Assembly (NCBI RefSeq): GCF_963921235.1
Contig: NC_086097.1
Coordinates: 78,432,001-78,496,000, forward strand
Length of the DNA: 64,000 nucleotides
Direction of reading: 5' to 3'
Source: Mobula hypostoma
Lineage: Eukaryota
Shown: positions 24,952 to 38,545 of the stretch, in pieces
Layout: each line of letters starts with the position of its first letter
Numbering within the stretch: position 1 is the first letter of the stretch
Translations under genes and position numbers: made by a program
Notes under the pieces: model-generated
Told to the model about the DNA's origin: nothing
Seen by the model: the letters and a program-made list of their open reading frames with translations, nothing else
Database searches by the model: none

Positions 24952-26629
24952 TCTGCAGATTATATACTAGGATTTACGGTATTTTGAAAATCACAGCAGC
25001 AGCAAAATGAGAAACTATCTTGCAACCATCTTACAACCTTACAACTCAGACTGAATTCTTATTGAACAGTTCTTTGTCATAATCTAAGGGTTATAAAATA
25101 TGCTCCAAATTATGTGACATACAGAGCAGATAAAAAACAACTTATTCACTTCATAATCTATTGTGGCTAATACCTCAGACTACAGTGATTGTCAACCTTT
25201 GATTAGCATTTCAAGACTTTATCTTTCCCATTGTCCCATTCTTCCAGGTGTCTTTGCTTATCAGCGTTATGAAGCCAGACAGATTAATTCATGCTTCAAC
25301 AATTTTATATCTTCTTGATAATCTTCATAGTTTCATTTTTTTCACTTCCCATGTTCCACTTTCATCTTCACTTGACCCTAGCCGTAATTCACATTCAAAC
25401 AAATTACTTTCCAGTGCATTTAATTTATACTTTGAAAATCCTTAATGTTTTGAGCTTCTTTTCATCTTGTCTATTTGACCCTTTTCAACCAACCATTTAT
25501 CAGACAGCTTGACAGCTTGTAACATTCCATTTCTGGGACTACAGGGTTTCGCTCCAGGCAGAGAGATACCTAGAATCAAAGCACCATTATATGAAAGTGA
25601 AAAGAAAAATATAGGCTCTGATTTTATTCAAGGAGTTAGCAAGATTGCTCTAAATACAAACAAGTAATATAATTTATAGATTAGCTGGTGTTGCTCTGCA
25701 ACCTACATAAAAGGAATCAACAGTCCAGAAATAATGAACATTCAACCTCTCAATGCTCAAACACCAACTATTTAGACACAAATTGGAGAGTCCTGGAAAT
25801 AATGAGAGATTGTAAATTGCACATTGAAATATGAGAGTTGTGCATCAATTTTGTACTGCCTGATCACTTAGATGATTGCTGCATGTATCCAGCACTGATT
25901 GTTGTATTCATTGTCTGTATATATTAGATTGGAGCCTAATTGCAGAAGTTGTCAGAATTAGTTAAATCTTAAACAGTCTACTTAAAGTCAGTTTGAAGTA
26001 CTTGAAACGGTAGCACACCATGACTCTAGCAGGTGATATCACGATATCTGGAACTGAGTCCGACCTGGTAGACCTTCACTAATAGCATGAAATGGAAGAC
26101 CACAAGCTCCATGTGTCTTTCTGAAACTATAATGAAAGTTTTAGTAAGGATGTAGAAAGCAAGAAGTCATGGGTATGATAATAAAACAAATGCACAGCAT
26201 TTTAAATTTTAAAGCACTGGTCATGATTTCAGATTGCCATAGTCCTTTACTCTTAGTTATGTGTTGTTGCTTATTTAAGCTTCAAGATTCAAGATCTAAG
26301 ATGGTTTAATGTCAGTTCCAGTACACAAATGTAATGGAGATTGAAACAATTGTTAGCACATCGCTGTATTTGCTGTTGCTATGTGAGGAATGGAATAATC
26401 AACTTCCATGCAGCAAATATGCATAAGCAATATGCAATACTTAATCAAATTATCCCTTTAGATATACAGGCTGAGGAACAAAGATTTGGTCAAGATACTG
26501 GAAACTCTGGCAGTCTTCTTTGAATTGCTGTTTGGGTTCATTTTTATCCATCTTAAAGATCAGTCAAGGTCTTGATTTAATGACATTTTATAAATGATGA
26601 ACCATGTGCCACGATGCAGCATTGAACAG

Positions 26630-26830
26630 AATGTAGCTGGTGCAGTGCTATAGCACTTAGTGTTGCTGCTGTACAGTTCTAGCAATTCAGGTTCAATCCT
26701 GATCTTCCGTGCTTCCTCTGTGGAATTTGGACATTCACTCTGATGGCACGAGTCGGGTTTCTCTTGGGTTTCCTCCCACATTCCAAAGATGCTGGTAGGC
26801 CAATGCCACTGCATATTGTTTCTGGAGTAG
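26630..26830 (+). mobile_element. Degenerate tRNA-derived SINE (V-SINE/HE1-like)
   Basis: B-box-like GGTTCAATCC and V-domain-like GGTTTCCTCCCACATTCCAAAGA. Related remnants at about 22320-22545(-) and 37415-37740(+). Confidence 0.55.
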
Positions 26831-27299
26831 ATAGATGGCAGGGCAGTCTGGGGAGGGGAGAGCGGTGGTGGTCTGAGCTGAATAATTGGGTGAATGAGAG
26901 GGAAAAGCAAGGGAAATAGACAAATGGGCGCCCTCCTGTGTTGTTATGAAATATGAATTAGCCTAGATTAGATGCTCCTGAGTCATGAATACCACCAATA
27001 AGCCAAGGTTAGCAGCTGTTTGAATATACGAACAACTGTAAAGACAGAGATTTTTAAGCCAAATATGTGGAAATACCCCAGTCATGGGATGATGGAGAAA
27101 ATTGTAGAACTTTGAACTCAAGATTATCTGCCCGTTCACATATATACCCATGTCCATAAAATTTTATGGAAGCAGTCACTGACCAGATACTAAAAGTTAT
27201 GAAAGTGAGACTAGCTAAAAGAAAGCCACATGTATTCACATCGAGGTTTGTACGCTGATAAGGTTAGCATTAGATCAATATGGCACTGTTGAGGTCTCC

Positions 27300-30200
27300 G
27301 TCAATGTTATAGATCACTGGTTTATAGGTCTGTAGAAATGGCCACTTGCAATGCTGGTAGTGACCATAAAATGTTACCTGAGCCATTTAACACCCCTTTA
27401 CCAGGGGGTATTGTAGTCGTCCCTACGCTCATTGACTCGGGTAATCGCATAGTGCCAGTACAGATTTTAAACCTCTCTAGAGAGGATGTATGGCTCGCAC
27501 CTAGGACCCGGCTGGGTATCCTGTCGAAGGTGGAGTGCGTGGATAGTGATCCACAATGTGCAGTAAGATTTCAGCAGATCTCAGCTGGCGTTGATCACGT
27601 GACAGTGGGTGTAAAGGAGGAGTGTAGTAATCACAAGTTAAAGTCAATTCTAGACAAGCTTGACATTGGGGGTAGTGAAGGACAACAAGCTCAGCTAAGA
27701 GCTTTACTGGTTAAGTACCTAGATATCTTTGCAGTTGAAAAGGAAGACCTTGGGCACACTGACAAGGTCAAGCATGAAATTCAGTTAATTGATGACGAGC
27801 CTGTTTCATAGCCATACCATCGCATTCCTTCGAATCAGTACAATGAAGTGAAAGAGCACATCTCAAAGTTGTTGAAGAAGGGTGTGATTCAGGAGAGCAA
27901 TAGTGCGTATGCCTCACCTGTGGTGTTGGTCCGGAAGGCTGATGGTAGCATAAGACTGTGTGTAGATTATCGGAGACTAAATCTTAAGACCAGAAAGGAT
28001 GCGTTCCTGCTCCCGCGTATTGATGAGAGTTTTGATGCCCTGCGGGGAGTGCAATTTTTCTCAACAATAGATCTCGCGAGTGGTTACCACCAAGTGCAGT
28101 AGAGGAGCGTGACAGGCATAAGACTGCTTTTTCAACCCCGTTTGGTCTGTATGAATATCTTCGTATGCCATTTGTGGTCTGCGATGGACCGGCAACTTTC
28201 CAAAGGCTCATGCAGGCAACCATGAATGACTTAGTCTTCCAAACCATGCTTGTGTACTTGGATGATATTCTGGTGTATTCACAGACTCTCCAGGAACACT
28301 TGGAGAGGCTGAACACTGTGCTTATGCACCTCAAGGAGACTGGTCTGAAGGTAAAATTGGAGAAGTGTCATTTTCTGCAGTCAGAGGTCAAGTTCTTCAG
28401 ACACCAGATAGCAGCCAAGGGGATAGGCACCGAACCTGAGAAGGTCTCAGCTGTTCAGCAGTGGCCAGTACCATCGACAGTTAAGGAGTTAAGATCGTTT
28501 CTTGGCTTTTGCAATTACAATGATTCATTCAGGGATTCTCAAAGATTGCAGGTCCACTGCATGATGTAGTAGTAACATAGAAAATAGGTGCAAGAGTAGG
28601 CCATTCGGCCCTTCGAGCCTGCACCGCCATTCAGTATGATCATGGCTGATCATCCAACTCAGTGAATTTGTGTACTAATGTAGGGAGTCCAAGTAAAACA
28701 AACCAGCTGTTAAAACAGTCTTGGACGGAAGAATGTCAAACTGCCTTTGACTTGCTCAAAGAGAAACTGACCAGTTTGATGTGTGTTGCTTCAGTTTCCC
28801 CATCCTTGGCTTTGCCGCTTTCTCCCAGCCCTTTATAGTGGAGACCAATGTCAGCAATCATGGGCTAGGAGCTGTGTTATACCAACAGCAGGGAGAGGCA
28901 AAGAGGGTTATTGCATATGCAAGCCGGCAATTAAGGAATGCTGAAAAGAATGATAGGAATTATAGCAGCATGAAATTGGAGCTGCTTGCACTTACGTGGG
29001 CGGTAGTAGAGAAGTTTCGTGGATACTTGTTGGGTTCCAAATTCACTGTAATCACTGACAATAACTCCCTATCCCACTTGAAAACTGCCAAGTTGGGAAC
29101 AGTGGAGCAGAGATGGATCTGACAGCTGTCAGTGTTTGACTTCGATGTCCAGTATCGTCTGGGTCGGAGCAATACCGTGGCTGATGCACTCCCTAGGCAG
29201 CCATCTGCAGGGGAGCCTGAGCCTGCCTCCGAGAATGTGGAGTTTGATGGGTCTGTGGCAATCTGTAGTTTGATCAATTGCGGCACTGCTCTTGGCCTGG
29301 CCGCTGGTCTTAACAGCTATAGGGTTAAACAGATTCGAGCCTGGGAAGCTGGTACTAGTGATGTAAGTGGTCCGATGCAAGGGAACATTGCAACCCTCCC
29401 AGGTTATTCTAACAGGGACTTGCATACTTTTCAGCAGCAAGACCCTGTGTTAGGTATCCTAAGAGACTTATGGGATCAGAAAAGAAAGCTGAGTGGCCAG
29501 CAGCGTAAAACTCTGCCTAAACCTGTTTTGTCTCTTTTAAGGCACTGGGATAGTATCAGGGAGCGTGAAGGGTTGCTGTATAGGGTAGTTGAGGATGAGA
29601 AGCTTAGGGAGTCTTACCAGCTTCTGGTACCTATCAGCTTGAGGAGCAAAGTGTTAGAGTATGTACATGACTCTATGGGCCATCAAGGCATAGAACGTAC
29701 TCTGCAGTTGAGAAGCCGATGTTTTTGGGTGGGCGTATACGAGGATGTGGCACGGTGGATCAAAAATTGTCCACATTGTGTGCTAACTAAGATGCCGCAG
29801 CCTAGGATCCGTCCCCCAATGAAGTCATTCCTGGCTTCTAGGCCGCTTGAAGTTGTAGCGGTAGATTTCACTGTGTTGGAGCCGGCAACTGATGGGCATG
29901 AGAATGTCTTAGTGGTCACGGACGTTTTCAGTAAATTCACCCAGGCATTTCCAACTCGGGATCAAAAGGTGGATACCACAGCAAAGGTGCTCTTGAGGGA
30001 ATGGTTCATGAAATACGGTGTTCCTGAGAGATTACATTCTGACCAGGGCCGTAACTTCGAAAGTGAGGTCATAGCTGAGCTTTGCAGACTATACGGGGTA
30101 AAGAAGAGCCGTACTACACCTCATCATCCTACTGGCAACACAGTGTGAGCATTTCAACAGGACGATGCATGATTTGTTGCGTACGTTCCCTCCAGAAAAG

Positions 30201-31118
30201 AAGCACAGATGGCCAGAACATCCACCCGAGTTGGTGTTTGCATATAATGTGACACCTCACGCAACCACGAGGCATTCGTCTTACTGTCTGTTGTTTGGGG
30301 TGGATCCCCACTTGCCCGTGGATGCTCTGCTGGGGCAGGAACAGACTGTGGACCGGAAACATGACTGGCTAGCTGTACACCAGAGCCGACTGAGGGATGC
30401 GCATGCCAGAACAAAAGAATACTATGAACAGAAGGCGGCAGAACGCATTGCCTGGCAGGAGGACAAAGTTTACTGTCCCAAAGTTGATGTGAATGTGCTG
30501 GTTTATCTGAGGAACAGACCATTAGGCCGTAATAAGATCCAGGATGCTTGGAACTCAACCGTCTACAAGGTGGTAGAAGTACTAGGCAACACATACACTG
30601 TGGAACCTTTGGAGGGTGGGCCGAGCAAGAGGGTGAACAGGGTAGGCATCGGGCCCTGCGAGAACCATCCCATTCCAGCTACCCGAAGGAGATTGCAAAC
30701 TCCAGTAACTCAGGCCAGCTCACCCCGGGGCAGGAATCAGATTCTGCGGATTCAGAAAATGGTGTGATATTGGTAGAAGATATATCAGAACAGGGTGCAC
30801 AAATCCTTGAACCTAGCCTAGACAGCATATCTTCTGAAAATATGACACCTTCTGGAACTGAGACTGGGGAGCCGACGACAGCTAATGCGTCGGTAGCCCT
30901 CCTGTAGCAGCACCCCACAGGGGTAAACGCTGGACAGCACACTAACCCACATCGTGAACCAAGGTCAGTCCTTGATGAGGCCTCCATAAGTTCGGCAGCA
31001 GTGTCTGAGATACTGGATAGTCTCAGTTCAGTTCTCTTTAGAGAAGCAGTTAAGGAGGTTAAAAGTACCTTTGTAGTGAGCGAGTAATCGAGGACGATTA
31101 CTTGAATGCAGGGGAGAA
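27300..31118 (+). mobile_element. Gypsy/Ty3 LTR retrotransposon internal region (pol: RT-RNaseH-integrase), 5'-truncated and pseudogenised
   Basis: RT: YASPVVLVRK..RLCVDYRRLN, IDLASGYHQ, LVYLDDILVYS. RNase H: GLGAVLYQ..VIAYASR..LELLAL. Integrase: [23 protein letters not shown]. Several stops and frameshifts. PPT GCAGGGGAGAA before the LTR. Confidence 0.95.
28575..28660 (-). mobile_element. Very short CR1 3' end inserted in Gypsy pol
   Basis: Reverse complement of the 3' end of the CR1 at about 60478-60563. Confidence 0.85.
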
Positions 31119-32869
31119 TGTAACCGGGTGACCGTCGAATCTTATTCATTATCGTTAAAAGTGTACTAAGGCATCCATCCGGGTAATGCTAGAATAGTTG
31201 TCTGTGCCTTTAGGTGGAGACGGTGGTGTCATTACATACGCGTGGGGTAGTGGGGAGGCCATTTTTGTTTTCTGCAGAAGAAGCTGCTGGAGCTTTGGGA
31301 TTAAGTTCCTCCCAGAGATACTGGGCATGGTGAGGAAAGGTGAGTATTAATTGACGATATCCATGTGAATTTGTTTATGCTTGTTGGCGAATCGAGAATA
31401 TCGGTAACTTGACATGTTTTACATGTGGATGCTTTAGATTTTCACGAGTGAAGGCATCAGCGCTGGATAGCGTGGCTTGTGCAAAGTTCCTTACTGGCCA
31501 AGTAGGTCAGTCTTCCTGCAATTTAACTGCCAGGCAATACCTTGTAAAAGTTGTGCCAAAGTGTAACTTTTGTCTAACTTTATTGTATCATGACTGATTG
31601 TGAATGTAACAACGTAACATGAATGTTTAATCTCTGTTTGGAAGTTAAGCACGTGTGTACTAAAAGGGAGTAGATATCTTAGATGAGATGTATTCGCTTA
31701 CATTTTCACTGCTATGTATAAGGTACAGGGTTGGTGGGATTCTAATGTTGTTTGTATTGTGTTCCTTCAGAATTGCCACTACCGTATTAGTTTTGTATTA
31801 GATTTGTGAGGTTTGCCTTATGTATTTTTATACTGCATACGCAATTCATCGATACTGTTACGTACCCCGTAACTGGGTTGCCAAACCAGCAGAAATGGAC
31901 CACTTAGTTGGAGTCTGGATTACCGGAACTAAGAAAGTTTTATTACAGAAATAAGCAACACAGTACTCTAATCAAAAGGATATAAATGCAACAGTTTAGC
32001 AATGATAAAACACACATGTACACAGAACTAGGATAATAGGATCAATCAAGCTCTATCGCAGTCTAGGGGTAAAATGATCGGTCATCAAGTGACACAGAGT
32101 TCAGTTCAATTCAGTTCGCAGTAATCGTCGTCGTGCCATTAGGGAGAGAGAGAGAGAGCGAGAGAACGAATGAATATGCAAATCGGTTTCCAAACAGACC
32201 TTCGATATTCCTCGCAGTTAGGTTTCGGGCGAGCCCTTTGTAATGTCTTCTGAGGTCACCGACTGTGACCCCTCCGTTCCAGATACGATCGTTCTTCTGC
32301 GGTGAACCCGGCACCCAGGCAAGGGCGGACACACACCCCAGGTTCCCGCCGACCCATACCTTTCTACCCTGTGCGTCTATGGCTGGTCCCGCGATCAGAC
32401 CTCCAAAACTCCCACCAACTTGTGGGGGGCACACCGCTTTCAGGGTCTCGTTACCTCGTGGAGTCGTGTGTCTCGCCTTTGCAAACCTGTCCCTTTTTAT
32501 CCCCCTGCTGGGGTATCGCCTGTCCATCAAACTTCAAACAGGTCAGGGTTCAAAGCCACCGGTCTCTGATAATACTCGGATCTGTGTCTCCTTTCCGTTA
32601 ATCCCTCTCGTCTCTCTCTTATTAGCACCTTGCATGTCCCCCATTGTCCTCTTATCGGCATCAATCTTCTGATAACTGGTTCTTTTGTCACAATACACAA
32701 GGGTGTGGATCGAAAGTTAAACTGAGATTGTAACGGCAGGAACTGGTTGTAAATTCGTCCATTTTGTTTTGAGACCCTCTTCCAACACTAAAACATCTAA
32801 AACAGATAAAGGAATTAAAACCTGAAGAAGTATTTGTTGTCCTGAGTGTGTACTTTTACCCAGGCTACA
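31119..32869 (+). mobile_element. 3' LTR of the Gypsy element (about 0.9 kb, interrupted by a nested solo LTR)
   Basis: Starts TGTAACC right after the PPT and ends GGCTACA, an imperfect terminal inverted repeat. ATTAAA near 32814. Confidence 0.75.
31856..32692 (-). mobile_element. Solo LTR of a second LTR family
   Basis: TGTTAC...GTCACA termini with 4-bp TSD ATAC (31852-31855, 32693-32696). Orientation inferred from the minus-strand AATAAA (TTTATT near 31940). Confidence 0.85.
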
Positions 32870-33614
32870 AAATTACAGTGCACATGTGATAAATAAATAA
32901 ATGAAACTGAATCTGAATGATTAACAGCACAAATTCTAAAGGCAGCTTTGGCATTTTAAGTATCATTCCTTTGGCAAAAATGGTAAAAGTATGGCTAGAC
33001 AGGAGCTGAAAGCTTCTGTACTCATAAAAAGATTGATGCTGGAAATTTGCATTAGATATTCAAATAAACTGTTAAGTTTTAGATAGAACAATGATTACAC
33101 ACTTTGATTGCAACACTTTATTAGAAAAGGATTTTCATAAGTACCAAAATGCTGGAAATAATGCAGCAGACTATGTGGACTAGATATGTTTACCCAATGA
33201 TGTAGTAATGTTGGTTTCTTGGAACTTGTTTGATTGCCTTACAGAGACTGGAAGGAATTTCTCACTTTCTCTTGAATTTGGCTTCCATCTTTTTTTCCTC
33301 TCTAATTCTGCATCCCTGGAGAGCTCACATTGCTACCAGGTGATGCATAACATTCCATGGAGAAGGCTAACTGTTCGTTTTTGTTTTCTTCTTTCTCTCT
33401 CTCTCTAAACTCCTGGGCAATAGATGTAAATATATCATGTCTATGTTTACACATCTTTCACTTTTAGAATTCTGATTTTCATATGGAGGTAATGCAAAGT
33501 TCTACGTGATCTTGTCTAGTATTTTAATGGAGTACTAATTCTTTCAGAAAAGCTATTAAGTGTTTATATATATTTTCTCGATGAATTAAAGATAATTCTG
33601 TTCATTCCGTTGGT

Positions 33615-36185
33615 AAGAGATTAAATCAAATCATTAGAAAGAGGTGACATAGGATTGGAAAGTGTAGAATCATTGTGGGTTGGGCTAACAAACTACGAGT
33701 GTAAAAATACCTTGGTGGGAGTTATATACAGACCTCCAAACAATAACAAAGATGTGATCTACAATTTACAACAGGAGATAGAAAATGTATGTCAAAAGGG
33801 TATTATTACAATAGGCATTGGGGATTTCAATACACGGGTAGATTTGAAAAATCAGGTTGGTGCTGGATTCCATGAAAGGGAATTTGTAGAATGCTTATGA
33901 GATGATTTTTCGAGCAGCTCATGATTGAGTCCATGACAGGATCAGCATTTCTCGTTTGGATGTTGTGCAATGAACTGGAATTGATTAGAGAGTGTAAAGG
34001 TAAGGGAGCTCTTAGGGGCCAGTGATCATGATATGATAGAATCTATCCTACAATTTGAGAAGGAGAAACTTAATTCAGAAGTATCAGTACTATAGTGGAG
34101 TAAAGGGAATTACAGAGGCACGAGGGAGGAGCTGGCCAAAATTGATTGTAAAAGAACATTAGCAGGAATGATAGCAGAACAAAAATGGCTGGAGTTTCTG
34201 GGAGCAATTCGGAAGGCACAGGATAGGTACATTCTAAAGAAAAAGTGGTATTCTAAAGGTTGGTGGATGCAAATGTGGCTGACAAGACAAGTAAAAGCCA
34301 AAGAGATAGCATATAATAGAGCAAAAATTAGTGGGAAGTTCGAGGATTGGAAAGGTTTTAAAAACCAATGGAAGACAACTAAAAAAGCCGTAAAGAAGGA
34401 AAAGATGGAGAGTGAAGGTAAGCTAGCCAACAATATTAAAGAGAATATTCAGATTTATAAAATGTGGAAGAGAGGCAAGAGTAGATAGCGGACCACTGGA
34501 AAATAATGCTAGAGAGGTAGTAATGGAGGGCAAGGAAATGGTGGACGAACTGATTAAGTATTTTGCCTCAGTTTTCACTGTGGAAAACTTAAGCAGTAAG
34601 CTGGAAGTTCAAGACTGTCAGAGGGTAGAAGGGAGTGAAATTGCCATTACTGGGAGAAGGTACTTGGGAAAGTGGAAGGTCTAAAGCTAGATAAGTCACG
34701 TGGACCAGACGGTCTACACCCCAGGGTTCTGAAAGAGGTGGCTGAAGAGATTGTGAAGGCATTAGAAATGATCTTTCAAAACTCCATTGATTCTGACATG
34801 GTTCTGGTGGATTGGAAAATTGCAAATGTCACTCCGCTCTTAAAGCAGAGAGAGAGGCAGAAGAAAGGAAATTATAGGCCAGTTAGTCTGACCTCAGTGG
34901 TTGGGAAGATGTTGGAGTTGCTTGTTAAGGATGTGATTTTGGGGTACTTGGAGGTACATGATAAAATAGGCTGAAGTCAGTATGGTTTTCTTAAGGGAAA
35001 ATCTTGTCTGACAAATCCTGTTACTCTTTGAAGAAATAGTAGCAGGAAAGACAACGCTGCATCAGTGGATGTTGTGTATTTGGATTTTCAGAAGACCTTT
35101 GACAAGTGCCACACATGAGGCTACTTAACAAGTTAAGAGCCCATGCTATTACAGGAGAGCTATTACCATGGATAGAGCATTGGCTGACTAGCAGGAGGCA
35201 AAGAGTAGGAATAAAGGGAGCCTTTTCTGGTTGACTGTCGATGACTAGTGATGTTCCACAGGGGTCTGTGTTGGGACCGCTTCTTTTTATGTTATATGTC
35301 AATGATCTGGATGAAAGAATTGTTAGCTTTGTGGCCAAGTCTATGGACAATACAAAGTTAAGTGGTGGAGAAAGGCTACAAAAGGACTTAGACAGATTAG
35401 AAGAATGGGCAAAGAAGTGGCAGATGAAATACAGTGTTGGGAAGTGTATGGTCATGCACTTTGGTAGAAGAAATAAAAACATAGACTATTTTCTAAAAAG
35501 GCAGAAAATTCAAAATTCTGAGGCACAAAGGGACTTAGGAGTCCTTTTGCAGGATTCCCGAAAGGTTAATTTGCAAGTTGAGTCAATGGTGAGAAAGGCA
35601 AATACAAAGGTAGCATTCATTTTGAGAGGACTGGATAAAAACAAGGATGTGATGTTGAGGCTTTATAAGGCACTGGTGAGGCCTCACTTGGAGTTCTGTG
35701 AGCAGTTTTGGGCCCCTTATCTAAGAAAGGATGTGCTGACATTGGAGAGGGTTCAAAGGAGGTTCATAAAAATTACTTTGTGATTGAAAGGCTTATCACA
35801 TGAGAAGTGCTTGGTGCCTCTGGGCCTGTACTCACTAGAATTCAGAAGAATGAGGAGGGACTTCATTGAAACCTATCAAATGTTGAAAGGCCTTTATAGA
35901 GTGGGTGTGGAGAGGATGTTTCCATGGTGGGGGAGTCTAAGACCAGAGGACACAGCCTCAGAATAGAGGGATGTCCATGTAGATGAGGAATTTCTTCACC
36001 CAGAGAGTGGTTAATCTGTGGAATTTGTCAGGTGTGTTTAAGGCCGAGATTGACAGATTCTTGATTAGAGATACGAGGAGAAGGCAGAAGACTGAGGCTG
36101 AGAGGGAAATGGATCAGCCATGATGAAATGGTGGAGCAGACTCAATTGGCCAAATGGCCCAATTCTGCTCTTATATCTTATGGCC
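33615..36185 (+). mobile_element. Degenerate CR1 LINE ORF2 (APE endonuclease plus RT) and 3' UTR
   Basis: EN: VGVIYRPPN..GDFN. RT: KSRGPDGLHPRVLKE..NYRPVSLTS, VPQGSVLGPLLF..YVNDLD, LVRPHLE. Many stops. Confidence 0.92.
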
Positions 36186-36304
36186 TTTCACCATAATAAA
36201 GATCAAAGTCAAAGTAATACTTATTGCCAAATGTGTACTTGCAGCAGCAGCAGCACCATAACAGCATTCAAGGAAAACATAAATTGAGCACAAATTGTCA
36301 TAGA

Positions 36305-36510
36305 GTGCTGCCACGTCATCATCAGGTAATGGCGACCCTGTGGATAGGGTAGTTGTCACAGAGTTTTTATGGTAAGACATGGAAATAGTTTGCCAGGTCT
36401 TTTTTCCACACAGATACTGCTGCTGCTCAGGTTGGAACCTGGCTGGATTTGAACTCGGGACCATGCACTTCAAAGTCCAAAGCTGTGGCCACTACATCAC
36501 CAGCTGGCCC
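36305..36510 (-). mobile_element. SINE related to the 63006 element
   Basis: The minus strand begins GGGCCAGCTGGTG, the same head as the 63006 element, and has a B-box-like GAGTTCAAATCC. Confidence 0.6.
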
Positions 36511-36874
36511 AAAAGCGTAAGTCATACACTAATTTTTCAAGAAAGAAAAAATAGTTTTAGTGCAAAGTGGTTATAGTGTTGCTAAACTGTAGTGATGATG
36601 GTTTTGCTGATAATTGCAGGCCACAGTTGCAAAGTCAGTTCAGTGCTGAAGCGAGTATACCTTGCTGAGTAGTGAGCTGAACACCAGATCTTTCTTCACC
36701 CTCAGCCTTGACTCTTTGGTCAAATCATGCAAATAGTTAAAAAAAAGTAAAAACATGGACCATTAACTGCAGGGTGCCTGGAAGTGAGTTCACAGTTGCA
36801 GAGTCCATTCAGCACTATGGCAAGTGAAACCTAATGGTTGCAAGGCTGAATCTGACAATGTGGGACTAAAGACT

Positions 36875-36964
36875 GGCGAAGGGTTTCGGCCCGAAACGTT
36901 GACCGATTTTTTCCACGGATGCTGCCCGACCTGCTGAGTTCCTCCAGCGTGTTGTGAGTGTTGC
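36875..36964 (+). mobile_element. 90-bp PLE 3' end truncated at the hammerhead core
   Basis: (CT)GGCGA-AGGG-TTTCGG-CCC-GAAA-CG-TT followed by GATGCTGCCCGACCTGCTGAGTTCCTCCAGC. TSD TGGGACTAAAGACT at 36861-36874 and 36965-36978. Confidence 0.85.
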
Positions 36965-37898
36965 TGGGACTAAAGACTCCTGCATCTCCCACCAGATGGT
37001 AGCAGTGAGAAGAGAGGGAAATGGGTTAAACGCAGGCAGACGGTGCTGAACACGTTCGTTTTCCTCTCTCATCCTCAACGATTTTAATATTGCTCGTTGT
37101 TTTAATCAGAGTGGAGTAATAGAACCAACCACAGGTGTGTCTTCCAACATCATGTTTTGATGCAGCATCTACCCCAGTACTGGCCGTCCCAGAGTCTAGT
37201 TCACCAAATCCCCCATGAAATCATAAAAGCACCAGATAGCTTAGTCAGTGCAAAAGGATGTCCTTAAATAGGAAATTACAGACTGCAGACTGCAGACTGC
37301 AGCAATCACAGTTCATAAGAAAGAAGTATATCTACTAGAGTATCTGGTAATTTTGTGAGCTATCTGAAAAAACATCACTGTTGGTTGTTGTCACCATTTT
37401 ACTAATAAAACCAGTTCCTTAAAAGTCCAGCACTGGTTCCAGTGAGCAGCATTCAATCCTGATCTCTGATATTGAACATTCTCACTCTGACTACATGAGA
37501 TTCATACAGATACCGTGATTTCCTTTCACATCCAAAGTCATTTGATTTGGCAGGTAAATTACTACTGTAAGTTGTCCCTTAGTGTCTAAACAAGTGGTAA
37601 AATCAGGAGGGCAATGAGGGTACTGTGTAATGAATAAAATGGGTTCGAGTACGATTTGTGTAAAAATGAATCTCAATGGTCGGTGTCAACTTGGAGAACC
37701 AAAAGGCCTGGATCCCCTTCTGGTAACTCCATGACAATGAGAGGTTTTAAGCAATTCACCAACTATGCTCTAAAACTAAGATTCTCTGGAGTCTAGGAAC
37801 AGAACACCAACTTCTTGGAGCTTTCTGGAAATTATGCCAAGAAATATACTTATTGATCATGGAGATAATTATGTTTCATGTCACTTGTATATTTTGGA

Positions 37899-38545
37899 AT
37901 TAGATTAGATTAGATTATGAGGACTCTTTTATTGTCATTTAGTAATGCATGCATTAAGAAATGATGCAATGTTTTTCCAGAATGATATCACAGAAACACA
38001 TGACAAACCGACTTAAAAACTGACAAAAACCACATAATTATAATATATAGTTACAACAGTGCAAAGCAATACCGTAATTTGATAAGAACAGACCATGGGC
38101 ATGGTAAAAGTTTCAAAGTCTGTTGAAAGTCCCATCATTTCATGCAGACGGTGAACCTCCAGCGCCACAAACTTGCCAATGCAACATCCTGGAAGCATCC
38201 AACAGCAGTCTAACTCCGAGTCCGTCGGAAAACTCCAAGCCTCCAACCAGCTCTCCGACACCGAGCACCAAGCACCATCTCTGCCAAGCGCTTCGACCCC
38301 GGCCCCGGCAACAGGCAATAGGCAAAGCCGAGGATTTGGGGCCTTCCCCTCTGGAGATTCTCGGTCGCACAGTAGCAGCGGCAGCGAAGCGGGCATTTCA
38401 GAAGTTCCTCCAGGTGTTCCTCCGTGCTTCTCAAGGTTGTCTCCATCAAATCAGGATTGTGCAGGCCCCCCTAGTTAACACATATCGATATCATTCGAAA
38501 CGGCCGCGCGCGCTGCGTTGCGCCGCCATCTTCTCCTCCCTCCTT
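37899..38545 (-). mobile_element. Second copy of the non-autonomous element at 8100-8790
   Basis: (TTAGA)n tail on the plus strand and head GGAGAAGATGGCGGCG on the minus strand. Colinear with the 8100 copy. Confidence 0.8.

Noticed and set aside
33243..33335. Possible minus-strand exon (QCELSRDAELERKKRWK..)
   Set aside because: Poor acceptor, and the purine-rich frame could be open by chance.
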